From: Camelus ferus
Lineage: Eukaryota
NCBI RefSeq assembly: GCF_009834535.1
Contig: NC_045696.1
Coordinates: 63,614,001 to 63,678,000 of the forward strand
Reading direction: 5' to 3'
DNA length: 64,000 nt
The notes beneath the pieces are model-generated. The model made no database searches. It worked only from the letters and a program-made list of their open reading frames with translations, and had not been told where the DNA came from. A program made the position numbers and the translations under genes. Shown here one piece after another: positions 1-13,212 of this stretch. The number at the start of each line of letters is the position of its first letter. Position 1 is the first letter of the stretch.

Positions 1-50
1 CCCCTACATTTACAGTTCTACGTTCCTTTCCATCATTTCACCTGCATTGC

Positions 51-76
51 TTTTTTTTTTTTTTTTTTTTTTTTTT
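51..76. repeat. poly(T) tract, 26 nt
   Basis: Uninterrupted T run. Confidence 0.95.
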
Positions 77-102
77 GCGTTTGGACTTTGCATGACCATA
101 TT

Positions 103-260
103 TTGTTCGTTCCTTCGGAACATAGTAATTGAACACCTACCTTGCAGGATACCTCTAAGTACCCGGGAGAGCGGGGTGGGGATGGCGGAGGGTGCGATTC
201 AGAGATGCAGAGCCGTGATCCTGGCCCTCAAGGTTCTCGTGTCCACAGGGACAGACAGTC
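103..260 (-). mobile_element. LINE2 3' end fragment
   Basis: 'ttgaacacctac' and 'cctggccctcaaggttctc' resemble the reverse complement of the L2 3' terminus. Confidence 0.6.
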
Positions 261-327
261 CAGTGAAGAGTAACAGCGGCCTGGGGCTGTAAGCAGCAGA
301 CGCTGAGCAGGACTGTAAGGCGGGCTC

Positions 328-520
328 TTTGCTAATGCTTTAGGGTCATTAACTTGCTTAATCTTCACAGCGACTTTAGGAGGGAGGTGCCATTCTTGCG
401 CTATTTTACAGATGGTGAAACTAAGGCCCAGAGAGGCCAAGCGGCTTGCTTGAGATGACTCAGCAGTCAATGGCTGAGCCGGGATTTGAACGCAGGCAGA
501 AAGGCGCCAGACCCTGGGCA
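328..520 (-). mobile_element. MIR SINE
   Basis: Reverse MIR core 'attttacagatggtgaaactaaggcccagagagg' followed by 'ggctgagccgggatttgaac'. Confidence 0.9.
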
Positions 521-914
521 CTGGACCTCTAAATTTCCCTGATGCTCTGAAACAGACAGGGAGCAGTGGGAGTCCAGAAGCCAGGATGGCCAGTCCTGCC
601 TGGGAAAATCAGAGTGGACTGTTGTCTGGGGGAAGGGGGACATTATGAGGGGTGGAGCCTTGAAGAGTAGGTTTTCACAAGACAGACATGGTGGCAAGAG
701 GAAGGCAATTTTAAACAGAAAGAACTTCTGTGGTCCTGGGTTCTCCAGGCCCAGCTCCTTTCACCTTCCATTTTATATTCTTTCTCCAAGGAATGGGAAA
801 GCGGTAGGGCAGAATCCTTATATTGTGTGAAAACAAGGTCACCTTCCCAGGCCACTTCCTTGGACTGGAAGACTCTATCTCAGCTGTTGAAATTTTACCA
901 GCTGTCAAGTCTTA

Positions 915-1175
915 ACAGTGTCACCTCCTCCTGAAAGCTTTCTGGGACTGCTGTCTCCCCACCAGTAACTGCAGGCAGTCCTTCCTTCTTGTGTCCTTTC
1001 TCACACTTGTCTGTATACAGTAAAGCTCTTGGATTTGGGCTCCATCTTTCTTTCTTACTAGACTGTGAGCTCCGTGAGGGCACTGGGATGTTGCTTCCCT
1101 CCTCACCTGCTTCTGCCCCAAGCGTGGTTTAATATCCTGTCCATAGGAGGTTCTTAATAACTGCATTTGGTGAAA
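915..1175 (+). mobile_element. LINE2 3' end
   Basis: 'gtcacctcctcctgaaagctttct' and 'ctagactgtgagctccgtgagggca', ending 'cataggaggttcttaataa'. Confidence 0.8.
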
Positions 1176-4100
1176 ACATGGGGGAAAGAGGAAAGGTTTC
1201 TGATCTCATAGGTGTCTCACTTACCCCTCGATGGATAATCAAGCAAGCTAAAAATGGAAATGATATATAGCCCTACTAGAGAAGGTTTGGACCAAGTCTG
1301 CCAAGAGAACACAAAGGTAGAGTCGCCCAAGCCCTGGAGTCCCTTAAAATCCCTCAGACTGGGAGTAGGATTAGTCCTGGGGTCTGGGCAAAGCAGGAAG
1401 TCTTGTTGCCCCAGTTATGGGGAAAGGGCTGTGAGGGCCCAGAGCCAGGAACTTCGTTGCATAATCCGTGTTGATTTCAGTGAGGCTCTCCATAGGGCCA
1501 ATGGCATGGTGGTGGACATTTGACTCTGAAGGGTGAGGCATCAGCTATGGGCACCTGTCAGCACCACTGCTAAGGGGGTCAGGGCTGTGTCTTCTTCTTT
1601 GTTGTATTTTTGTTTGTTTAGAACTAACTTGTAAGAAATTTAATTGGAGAGCAACACAAGCACATGATTTAAAATTGAAGTGATTCAAAAGTTTATACAA
1701 TGAAAATTCTGCCTCCAACATAGACTTTTTTAACTCATCCTCCCAGGGGTAACCATTAAGAGTTTCTTTTTCCAGAGATGCTATGTGCACATATATACAA
1801 TACTTTTGTATTTTTTATCATGACTTGATGAGGTTATTGTGGACATAGTCAAGGCATTTGCAGGTAATGGTGATGCTGTTTTGGCTGTTGGTGCTCTGGA
1901 AAAGAGGTTTAAGTTTTGCTGAACTTGAGAACTAGTCTTGCACATTCTGAATGATATTTGGGAGTAGAAACCTGTAGGAACAAAACCTGCATAGCTCGAA
2001 TACTATATGGAAAAAAAGAAGATCTGATCTGTGGGTTGTGGAAAAAGTACCCAAGGAGGCATGGCTGGCCACAGGACAGGAAATGTTAGGCCCTCTTAAC
2101 AGCTCCCGGTGTGCTGTCAGTCAGGGTGGGTCATAAGGAGTATACCTGATGGAGATCAGTTTTTCACTGGGTAGATTATTTACTGGGTAGATTGTCATTA
2201 AGGTATTTATAAATGTTCTGTTACTCGTACTTTGCTCTGCACTGGGAGGAGGGAGAGTCACAGAGGTGAATAAGGTAACTTCTAGTTAAATAAGGAGGAC
2301 CAAAATGCACTCATATGACATAAAAATAAAGGGCACCTTCAGTATACTTGCTGGTTGACAGAACTAGCATCATTTAATCTAGAGAAGAAAAGGACAAAAA
2401 TTGACTTAATTATTTAGGTACATGGTAAAGTAAGCTGAGTGCCCCAGGGCCCAGCACCTGAGTGTGTGACTTCTTTGTGGCACTTTACCTAAGGCTGCAA
2501 GGGATATCCAGCCCTCTGCCCAGCCTCTCCAGGAGCCCTGGGCCTGCTCCTGCTGGCCAGTGCTGGGCACTCTGCATCCAGAGTTCTGGGGAATGAGGAA
2601 GAAGGGTCTTTGCCCCTCTCCCCTCTGTGTGATGTTCTAATAGCGTTGCCCCAAAGCTCTACCATCTGCACTCTGATTTCCGCAAAACTCCAACAAAATG
2701 GTATTTTCCATTTCTCCTTATGGTCCTGCTGCTCTGGATAAAACTCAGATATGAGTTAAAAGCACATTTAGCCAAGGGATACTCAGAATGAATTGCTTCC
2801 AATGAACAGGGCTGTCTTCCTGGGTCAACCCGGGCCTCTCAGGCCTCCTTTCCCGCAACACACTCCCTCCCAGGAGGCCCCTGGGCCCGTCGTGCAGTTG
2901 TCAGACAAGCCTGGGCACGTCTGACTCCTGCTCAGGTTCAGACTAGGACCTCGGCTTCCCCTACTCACAACTAAGGGCCCAGTTGTTTTGCTGAAAGATT
3001 TGCTCAATTGTTCTGTAACAGAGGCCAAACAAGAGACTGTGGATATGAACGGTGGCAGAAGAGGTTTTAGAGAACGAAAAGGGACCATTTCTTATATCCG
3101 TCTCCTTAAGGAAAAGCCTGCCATCTTTCTTGAATCGTTCAGGGATAGGCGTCCTAGTTCATTCGAAGCCAATCCCTTGATATTCCTGAATTGGACTGAG
3201 ATGTCCTACCTGTAAAATCGAATAGTAGTGGCTTTTTCCCTAATTCAGGTAATGTAATTTTTCCATGTAAATTTTTTTCCATATGTTTTTCTCAAGTCTT
3301 AAACATTTAACACCTGCAGGCAACAAAACTAATGAACAAGTACTAAACAGATATGAATGGGAAAGCTTGAAAACCACCGATCATGCTGAGTTTTTTGCTT
3401 TTTCTCAAGAACACGTGCGTTTGTGGTTTTGTACTGCCTGCCCGTAATGCAGCTGTATTTTCTGCTGTTAAAATGGTTGCTAGTTCATGGATGGAATGAA
3501 ACAGACTATTATTCCAGGGTGTTCCCGGAAGAGCCTCATGTTTCAGGAAAGCATACCGTGACTTTTCAACTTTTCATCCTCCACCACCTGAGTGCATTTG
3601 AGCATCACGATTGTCCACTCTTGAGTGTTAGTTTCTGTTCCTCCTCCATCCCTCCCCCACCTCTGCTGTTTCACATCGTGGCCCAGACTGACTCCCATCC
3701 TCTGCCAGGCTAAAGATAACCTCTCCATCTGGGATATCACCTACAGGCTAAATTTATTCTCAGGGGTGAGTTGGGGCTACCCTGTCCAGTGACTTCAGGC
3801 AGGCGTCAAAGCACCCACGGCTGTCTGTCATTGAAAGAGATGCAAAGAGCTTGGGAAGGGTCAGGTACCCCTAGGGAGAGATAGGGAGGGATAGGAGGGA
3901 AAGATGCAGAGGGAGATTGACAGGAAGCTGGCAAAGGGGCTTCAGAGAAAGGGTGACACACTGTGACTACAGCATAAGCTGAATTGGTCTGAAGGATTTG
4001 ACTGCTCCCAGCAAAGATTCCTTTTCTGTCAGTTATAATGTTACTGTAATACAACCCGCAGAGGGAAAAGCCCGGTGCTAATCAGGGCTGGAGAATTCAG

Positions 4101-5280
4101 TGGACTTGATGTACAGAATGGGGTGTTTAGTTTTATGATGTGGCTATGGGTTACAGGAGAGACTAATAAAAGAACTCCATAAAATGTGGCTTGGAGCAAT
4201 GAGGTTGTAGCCTCTGCCAGAGGGTCAGCTGGCTCAGAAGTGGTTTTCGTGCAGGGCTGATGTCTAGCTGGTATGCACTGCTACGGCCATTCCAGTTCTT
4301 AAACTATTGGAAGCCTCTGTACTGGTTGTTAAGTAGCTGCTGCTCTTAGCTTCCCAAGAGCTCCCTGCCACACTGGCTGCCCAGCCCCCACTCAAGCCTG
4401 CCCCAGGATCCAGCAAACAAATGCAGAGAGCTTGCAGATCCTGCTCTATGCATGCGCAACTCCCCCAACCCTCCTCTTCACCTCCTCCCCCCATCTCCAG
4501 CGCTACATTGTGATTTTTTTTTTTCCCCCGGAGTGGCTGGTGCCCATGCTGTATCTGTTGTTAAATACTGAAAATGTCATCTCTCCTCCAGTGCTGTCTT
4601 TCTGGTGATCTGGCCTGTCAGATACCCGTGGAAAGGACCAGGGACACAATTCCAGAAGACTAGCCTGCACTGATCCCAAGCCATTCCAGTGTGCCCAAAG
4701 GAGGCTTTCTTAAAGAGATGCCTGTCACTCTCCTGGTGGCTGTAAGGACACACCCAACCTTTCCCTCGAATCATATTTGACTGCCTCAAAGAAGAGTTTT
4801 AATAGGCACAGGCGTGACTTCAGGGTTGGAGAATATTTTTGGAAGAAAGAGACAAATTTGTATAAGGTTTCCCAGCCAGGAAATGCATTTGCCATAGAAT
4901 GTGAATTAGAAGGCTACTTAGAAAAAAAAAAAAAAATAGAAGGCTGCTTAGAGGATATCTGGTCTCTCTTCCCAGCCAACACAGAGTCCTTCTATAGCAG
5001 CCCCCACAGGGAGTGACCTGCCCCTTCTAGGCCCCCTTGTCCCTTGACCCGGAATTCAGTCTGTTGAAAGAAGCCTCCTCTATAAACCAATAAAGCTGAA
5101 ATCTTTCTAAACAAATCAAAGTGTGAGCTGAAATCCTTTTGTTGAGCTGAAATCTTCCCATATATCTCAAATTTTGGCACCTCCTTTAGATGGAATTGCG
5201 AGGCCCAAGATGTCCCTGCATCAAGGAGTGCCGTACTCTAACATGTCTTGTTTTGTCAAGTGAGCTGAGAGGTCATGCAA

Positions 5281-5405
5281 TAATTAATTCATTTATTCTT
5301 TCAACCAATGTTCATTGAGAGGTCAGTGAGTGCCAGGCAATGCTCCTGGTGCTGGAGATTCAGCAGTTATCTGGAGATGATTCTGCTCTGAGAGATTGTC
5401 TAGTC
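5281..5405 (-). mobile_element. LINE2 3' end fragment
   Basis: 'ttcatttattctttcaaccaatgttcattgag' and 'gtgccaggcaatgctcctggtgctggagattcagcag'. Confidence 0.8.
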
Positions 5406-6549
5406 CATTGGGGTCAGTACCAGGCAACCAGGGAGACCAGGGGAATCAAGGGTGGCTGAGCTTTGCTTCTGAACCCCATTCTTGGCCTGGGTCCAATCTA
5501 AGTGGGGACCATCCAAGATGACTCTGGGTAAGAAGCTTCTGTTTATGTCCTCCTTTGCCCCCACAGGTTACTCATAGTCTTTTGGGTCCACTGAGAACAT
5601 GGAGTTCTCAGCATGGGCTCCCAGTGTACAGACATGGCGATGGAGAGGCCATGGCCCTCTGCACATTCTCTAAAAATGCTAGTAAGCATCCAACATTTTA
5701 TAATGTATTTTGCTGAATTAACAATTGAACAGAATAATTCTTTTATCTTTCATTAATCAGAAATGGTAGACAATATGGATAAGAAAAAAGAAGCTAGTAA
5801 AAATTATTTATACATTCATCATCCAGAGACAACAATTTGGTGTTTGTCCATGCAAACTGTTTTTCTGGGTGTATTTCATATTTCTGTGGATGTGGCGATC
5901 TATATGCATATACATACGCATATATATGTGCTTTGCAATCTGCCTTTTTCACCCAGTTTCCCAGAGAGCACCATTTTAAAGTAAATCCAATTATTCAGAA
6001 ATATTTAATTAAGGCACACAACTTTGAAGGACTTCCCCCAAGAAATCAGCAGAGAACAAAGAGTTTTATCGTCTTAGGAGTAAATTAGTCACTTGCCAGA
6101 GACAGCAGATCACATTGTCCTTTATTTATATTAAGATGTGGGATGGAGATTTCCACATGGTGGTGTCCAGGCTGCCCTTGACTCTCAGCTCCAACCCGGT
6201 TCTCCTGCTAAAGCAACGACGGGGAATGATGGAGGCGGAGCCTGGAGGAGCGAAGGGTACGTGTGGCTCTGTTTGAGGCTTGGTGAAGGGAGCCAAGGCA
6301 GGGCTTTCTCCCCTTTGAGCCAGGGTATGGAGAGCTTGGGGATGAGGCTCTAATTGTGGTGGTTCCTGGGTTACACCAGCACTCATCCCCTCCCTCTGAT
6401 CCCAGGTTGCTGAGAATAAGCTCTACCCCAGGGAGACAATGGAACGGGGAACCTTCCTCCCTCCTGGTGCCTTGATTGAGACCACCTCCCTACATGCAGC
6501 TGCTCACAGAGCTGCGACTGTCACTTAAGGGATCCACAGAGCTGGCCCT

Positions 6550-7340
6550 GAAACTCAAAGAAGAGATAAAAGAAGGTAACTGTTCTCCTAAGAGCACTCC
6601 GTGGGCACAGAGAGGGAGGAGAACCCAGCAAATGGCTAGAATGACAGCCTGAGCAGAAGTGGCAAAGACCTTCAGACACAGCACAAAAGAAAAGAGAAAG
6701 ACTTCCTGGAACTAAACATATTTTAAACTAAGCTACTAACTGGATGAATGAGAGCAGAACATGGACTTAGCAGATCAAATGCAAGAGCGCCCTAAACCCA
6801 GAACAAAGCAAAAACACAAAGAGATGGAAATCACGAGGGTAAAATCGGAGACTTGGAGGCTAGACCTGGGAGACCTAAGATGTCAATAATAGACATTCCA
6901 GGAGGAGGAGAAAAACAAACAGATGAGGGAGAGGGAATAATTAGACAAATGATAGATGATAAGTTCCCTGAGTGAAAAAGACTTGCATCTGAGGTTTAAA
7001 AAGCACTCACGGGGTCACTGGAACTGAAAGCCACACACCTAAGCCCATCCAGATAAAATTCTTGAACAGCAGGTGTACAGAGAACCTCTCGCCCCCCTCA
7101 CTACAGAGAGGAAAACATTCATTACAAAGGAGAGGGAGAGAGATGGGTGTCACATTTCTCACTCATGATAATGGGAACTTGAAGATGTCTACAAAACACT
7201 AGAGCCAGTTTTTAAAATACTTCTTGCTGGTCAGGGGAAAAAGAAAAAAAGGCATCATCCAGATACCCAAGCGATGATCAGAGAAAAATACTCTAGAAAG
7301 AACTGTAAGCAAACGAAAAAAAAAAGAACTCAAGGCAGGA
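6550..7340 (+). mobile_element. Ancient L1ME/HAL1 ORF1 relic
   Basis: A-rich. 6850-6906 translates DLEARPGRPKMSIIDIPGG, resembling the L1 ORF1p motif DLE.RSRR.N.RIIGIPE. Frame is disrupted. Confidence 0.7.
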
Positions 7341-7389
7341 GAAGATGAAGAAGAGAGAATTTGGTGGGCAATTCAGCCTCTCAGTCTCT

Positions 7390-7690
7390 TTGACTCTTTA
7401 TTTTTAAGGCAGTTGCAACAGAGGCCTTTGCTGAACCCAAAGGAAACTTTGGAGCTGGAGTTGTTCTGAGCTGAGGCTGAGTCTGACTTTTTCACCCCAG
7501 TAGTTGCACAGAGGGTGCCCTGGGGAAGGGAGCAGGCCTTGGGTGTGGCAGGTCCCTTTAGCTTCGGGCATTTCCTGGAGAGGGAGAGAGACTCAACTGT
7601 GAGTTGCCAGCAACTAACACTCCTTCAGCTGGGGGCTGAGAAGGGGGCTGGGGTGGGCCCGCAGCCCCCGGCATCCTCCACAATGCATGC
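7390..7690. mobile_element. Ancient ERVL-class solo LTR (LTR33/LTR16-like)
   Basis: 'ggcatttcctggagaggg...actcaactgtgagttgccagcaactaacactccttcagctggggg' resembles old ERVL LTR consensus as recalled. Confidence 0.55.
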
Positions 7691-7721
7691 GTGGCACCAT
7701 TTATGAGAAATGATACATACA

Positions 7722-7933
7722 CACTCATGCTGGGGAGTGTTTAACAGTCAGCTCTCCGGGAGGTAGGGGCTGGGGAGTGGGGTTCTGAGGTGCAGCCTCT
7801 GCTGATGCTTGTGGTAGAAATACTCTTAACATGGCTGATATCAGACTACCAATGTGATGTCCCTGCGGAGGGAGCTGGGACCAGATGCAAGCAACTGCCT
7901 CTTCGAGTTGGGGTCGGGCTCCTTTGCGCCCTG
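7722..7933. mobile_element. MER63-like hAT DNA transposon relic
   Basis: 'tgtttaacagtcagctctcc' and 'aaatactcttaacatggctgatatcagactaccaatgtgatgtc' match the recalled MER63 layout. Confidence 0.65.
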
Positions 7934-9227
7934 TGTCTGCTTGGGGTGGAGGTTTAAGGAAGCACGTGGGGAGGACAGGGCAGGAAGAGCAGTGTTCACA
8001 ACACGTTATCTTACCTTAGTCCCTGACACCGGCGTTTTTCTCCTTGGGGCTCATTCTTCCTTTTTGGTCTCCTTTCTAACCCTTGACCCTTTGGTCCTCT
8101 GCCCATTCCCCCCCTTCACCCTGGCAGGTTGGTGTTCTTTGCAGGCAGTATTCAGGAAGTCATCTCAAGCCCCTGTTCATACTGAGGCCCACGTAGTTGT
8201 CAAAACGTGGGGCTGCTTCTCGGAGGTTGGTGATGAGCATCCAGGTGCGAGGTCGAGGAGGGGTGGGTGGGCCTTCTTCTGAAGGGGCAGTGGTACGTAT
8301 TTTGCAGGACACATGGTCTCTGTTGCGGTAACCTGAAGGACGGTTTGCTGACTCCTGCTGTACGGATACCATCATCTCCTAAACCTCGGGGAAGTGTTAA
8401 TTACAGCTATCTCACAGGGCCCCGAGGCTATAACCCCTGAACTCCAAACCAGCCAACTAGTTCAGGCTGACCAACACAGAGGAGGGATTTAGGCCCTGGG
8501 GGAGGATTTGTGGTTCAGCCATGTTCCCCAGGAATGTGTGTTAACTTCTTTTCCTCCAGGGTTAAATCAAATGAGGAAAAGAGAATGCTTGAATATAAAA
8601 ACCAAACCGACAAACCCCCAAACCCCAAATCCCTCAAAACCCCAAAACCCAGTTCTACTAAAAACTCCTTGACTGATTAGGATCTTGTTAACTTTGGATT
8701 TGGGAAAACAGACCTGAGAAGGAGGCGGGTACTCACCACTGCGTTAGTTCTGAAGGAAGGTGTAGTAGGTAGATGAGCAGAGTGAACCAGGTCTGGCGGG
8801 CAGAGTCTGCAAAGGGCTAAGGAATTAAACCCGTCCTCAGCTTTCCAGCTAGTGCATTATTGGAGTGTTAGTATGAAATCCACGTGTTTTCTTTTTATGA
8901 AAAATGGATCATGTAGGACCTTTTCAGGCCAACAGTTGATGAATACCTCTAGCATGTTGGTGTAGATACTAAGCTATAGTTTTTCAAACATAGTTGGGGC
9001 AAGTCTCTTTTTTCCTGGCTTCAGGTTTTCCATCTTTGAATGAGTGTTCACGATGCCTTGGACAGACTTATGAATTGTTGTGACTTTGCATCCTATGGGT
9101 TCCTAAATTGCACCAAAACAATTAAGCCCCATAACTAAAAAGAAATTCCTTTGCTGTCTGATCACTCCTTGCCTTGTAACTTTGCAGTGTGAGAGCCCAG
9201 TTCTGTTTTGACTTTCCGTTTATCTTA

Positions 9228-9274
9228 GTGTGTGTGTGTGTGTATGTGTGTGTTGTGTGTGTGTGTGTGTGTGT
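9228..9274. repeat. (TG)n microsatellite, interrupted
   Basis: Seen directly. Confidence 0.95.
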
Positions 9275-9764
9275 TTACAGTTTGGCGTTGAGAGTTATTT
9301 TGTAGTAGAAGGTCCTTGCCTTATCATTACTTTGTTGACTTTTCCCTGGTAACCAGGAAGCTCAGAGCTGAATTTAGTGTCCCAGATGACCTCACCCTGG
9401 TTATACTGCAGTTATCTCTCAGTAATTCTCAATCTTTTCTGGTTCACGAGACTCCACGGGAATGTGATGGAAGCAAAGAGGAATCCCTCAGGAAGCATTC
9501 GTATATATGCAGAGAGCGGATTCTGATCACTCCCTGCGGAAATCTTCAACCACCCTATTTTATGTTTGATTTGTGTTACTTTCTGGTGTCCCAAACACTG
9601 ATGCATGTGAGGTCTTCGAGACCCAGGGGAGGTGTTGACAAGTGTTGGAAGGGTTGGTTGGTTTGAATGCAAAGGGGAAGAGTAGTCAGTCAGTGCTTTT
9701 AGAGGAAGAGTGTTTCTCCAGGAGAGTTACCACAGCTGAGTCCAAGAGTATAGGGGAAAAGCAC

Positions 9765-9932
9765 TAAGTTGAAGCCCTGGCTTTATCGCTAGCTAGTTCT
9801 GAACTTAAAGAGATCCTTTCACTTCAGTGAGCCTCAGTTTCCTTAAGTATAAGCTGAGAGCACTGCCCAGGATTGTGGGGAGATTAAGTGAGAGCGTCTG
9901 TGCTGGATGTGCTGGCTACACTGTAAAGTGCG
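9765..9932 (+). mobile_element. MIR SINE
   Basis: 'gagcctcagtttcctt' and 'caggattgtggggagattaagtgaga'. Confidence 0.75.
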
Positions 9933-10779
9933 GTGCAGATGACTGTTTCCTCGGGATCCTTCCTAATCAGCACTCAGTTAAACCATGACCAAAGCATGGA
10001 CACGCAGAGACCATCACCTTGCCTTGCACAGCAAATGCCACTTGCTGACGACCCGGCAGTCCTGTGCCTCCAGTTTGGTCCTTCCCACTCCAGGAAGAAG
10101 GTGAACACTCAGGGAGGCTCTGCATGACTTGAAATGAGCATTTGAAACTGCCAGGCCAACGAGGCCCTGGGTCCTATCTCTGGGATGCCCGTGGGGAATG
10201 CCTGGATCTACTGCGGGTCATCCCCCTCCCTCCTCCACACTTGCAGTTAGCCCCTCCTTGGAGCTCCAATGCAAGGACCAGCCCCTCTACTGCCCCTTGC
10301 CTGACTGTGTTCTTTTCTCTTTTCCAGGCCTCAGGGGTGTTGTTCGCCTGATTCCAGTAGCACTAACTGCTTGTTCTGTTCACCTCTTACTAAAGTTAGA
10401 GTCTGTCGAGTATTTACTATGTGGAAGGCTTTGCTCTGATCATAATCCTATATTGCTTAATTCATTGTGTTCAGATTGTTCACCTCTATGTGTTGTACCC
10501 CTTAAGGAATGGGATCACGTGTGATACGTACATCCGCCCACCACCCAGCACGTGGAAGTCAAGAGCCAAATGTCCATGCTTAAGTCAGCTCACCCCCGGC
10601 TAGAACTCTGGTCTAACACAGTAGTGAGTCAAACACATAATTATAAAAGTTATGCATACCCAGTTTAAAAGGTTTGGAAATAAATAAAGTTTATGAATGA
10701 ACTTTAGAAAAATTCTTTATTCTTTCAGTGCTTTCAGGAATCTGTATTACCTGGGGAAATTTTTACCTGTAATCCTACC

Positions 10780-11500
10780 ATCCAGAAATAACATCTATTA
10801 ATATTTTAGTATGTTTTATTTTAACCTTCTTTTATCTGTGTCTCTATTTATCTAATTAGGAACAATCTATGTGCAGAGTTTTACACTTCACGTTTTCCCA
10901 AGCCATTAAAAAATTTGAAAACATAATTTTGGGGGGCTGGGTAATAACAGCTCAGTGGTAGAGCTCATGCTTAGTTTAGCATGCAGGAGATCCTGGGTTC
11001 AATCCCTAGTACCTCCACTGAAAAAATATAGTGCTGTATAATATTCCACCATATTGATGAACCATCATTTATTTACTAATTTCCTTATTAGACATGTAAG
11101 TTGCTATCAAGTTGTCCACTATCACAAAAATTATTATGAGAGTTTTTTTTTTGTACATTGTCCACATGCCTACATCTTTGTTTATTTCCCTTTGATGTTT
11201 TTGTGGAATTTAAATTACTACTCAGAAAGTACAGAACTTCTAAAGCTATTGATTTGTACTACCAAATAGCTATCAGAAAAGTTTATATTTTCTATCCCAT
11301 CAGCAGAGAAGAATGCCTGGTTTCTCATTCCTACACTAACAGTAATTATCCTTTTCAATCTTTACAGATTTGATTAGCCTAGATGAGTTTCAGTTTTGCT
11401 TTTTGGTATTTCTTTGATCATTAGTAAACTTAAACATTTTTATAACATTATATGAAACTTTATTTCTTCTCTGAATTATCTATTTGTGTTTTCGACCATT
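10780..11500 (-). mobile_element. Old L1M 3' fragment interrupted by a SINE
   Basis: T-rich, with 'tgtataatattccaccatattgatgaaccatcatttatttact', typical of antisense L1M ORF2 end/3'UTR. Confidence 0.65.
10931..11026 (+). mobile_element. tRNA-derived SINE (camelid type)
   Basis: A box 'agctcagtgg', B box 'gggttcaatcc', then 'ctagtacctcc' and a short A tail. Confidence 0.85.
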
Positions 11501-12159
11501 AAAAAATGGAAGTGTTGGTATTTTACCTATTGGTGTGCTACGGATGGAATATTAAAGGTTTTAAAAACCAGTTTAAAATCAACTGTATATTTTTTATGCT
11601 GCATCATCCGTGGCCACCTTAGAAGAAAGACCAGTTCCAGATGCAAAGGGCAGTTCTTTCGGTTATTTTGGGTTATTGGATCAATTCTCCTTTGCATAAA
11701 GAATGCACAAGAAAATGTGAGTGCAGTTTTTTCCCCTCAACACACTTGCTTTCCATTAAGTGGATCTTTTGTGCTGAATCAGATTTACGGACCCACCAAA
11801 GCAGAGGGTGCTGCTGGCAGAGGGAAGAGCCTGGTCTGGTGTTAATGCAAGAAGATCCCTGCGGTACAGTCTCAGGAAGTCAGACCATACGGAGAATTTT
11901 CTTTCTCTGCCTGCTTCCCTTCCTTGTCCCTTTCTTTTTAATTTTCATAATTGTAAGGTGTCAGGAATGGCTTGACTCGTTAGATGATATATATTTTCCA
12001 GAAAGTCTCTGTTCTTTACATTTTCCCTAGGTACTATAGATTCCTGAAAGCATCAAAAGAATAAAGAATTTTTTGAAGTCCATTCATAGGATTCACAAGA
12101 AGAATTTATCACAGAAACTTCAATTAATCTTTGGGGGAAAAAAAAAAAGGAGCAGGCTT

Positions 12160-12320
12160 CAACAACGCCCTTGAGATGGGCGTTAGCATTATCTTGATTT
12201 TACAGATGAGGCGTAGAGACGTTAAGCAATTTGCTCAAGGTCAACAGCCAGTAAAACAACAGCACCAAAACTTGGATCCAGTTCTGCTGATGCCAAAGTG
12301 CACGATCTGGTCTACACTAC
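12160..12320 (-). mobile_element. MIR SINE
   Basis: 'attttacagatgagg' and 'gttaagcaatttgctcaaggtca'. Confidence 0.85.
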
Positions 12321-12957
12321 TTGGCTAGCCTAGTTAGTTACAGTTCTTAATTACCTGCGATCAGTAAGCTCTAGTTACAATCTTTACATGTGACCAGAAA
12401 GCCTGTAGCAGATCTATGAGGCAGGCCTTGCAGGGGATGGGTGTTGGGACATCAGCCCCAGTATGGGGCCATGGGGCTAGGTGAGTCAGCAGGTTTGTGA
12501 ATGAGAGAGAATCTTTAACGGAGGCCAGAGTGACCATCTTCTGGGCAAAATGGCAGAAGGGGAAACTGGACACATTGGTATAGAAAAACAAAGGGATGGT
12601 TAGTGAAAGAATCAAGGTCGGTTTCCTCCCCCCTCAAAGACTTCGGGAGCCCCATGTTTGAGTCTGTTTCAGAATCATCGTGAAAAGCTGTGGAGGGCTG
12701 CAGAGGAAAAACAGTGGGTTCCAGGAAGATGGAAGTGAGCCCGGCAGGGCTCTACCAAGGTGTAGACACAAGGACCCACGAGCAGGGGACTGAGCTTCAG
12801 GCACAGTGATGGGGGAATGGATGCTTCTCTTGTCAGGTGTGTGATGAATTGTTCTGTTAATCAGGTTCACATCATAAATGCAAACGGTGCTCTCAAGAAC
12901 TGGGACGTGGGCGAGGAGAAAGAATGCTTTCCGGCTGGGTGCAACAGACTCTCTAAG

Positions 12958-13212
12958 AGAGTGGCTTTCAGACTTCCTCGGAGTATGACTCACAGTGAGG
13001 AATACATTTTCTATCACAAGCCGGTGGCACATACATATATATGAAACTGGAGCAAAATTTAATGGTGCGATGCTCACCCTCACTATGCAAGATACATTCT
13101 GGTATTTTCTATCCCCTTCTATTTCATTTGAGCAAAAGAGCTGGCGCCTCTCACTAAATGAATTTCTCAATCCATGAAGGGTTCATGACTTCCTGAGTGA
13201 AAAATCACTGCT
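12958..13212. mobile_element. hAT-Charlie-type non-autonomous DNA transposon
   Basis: Ends 'agtggctttca' and 'tgaaaaatcactg' are degenerate inverted copies resembling Charlie TIRs; subfamily uncertain. Confidence 0.55.

Noticed and set aside
12634..13177. 178-aa minus-strand ORF
   Set aside because: Runs through a DNA-transposon relic; no domain or coding-like composition.
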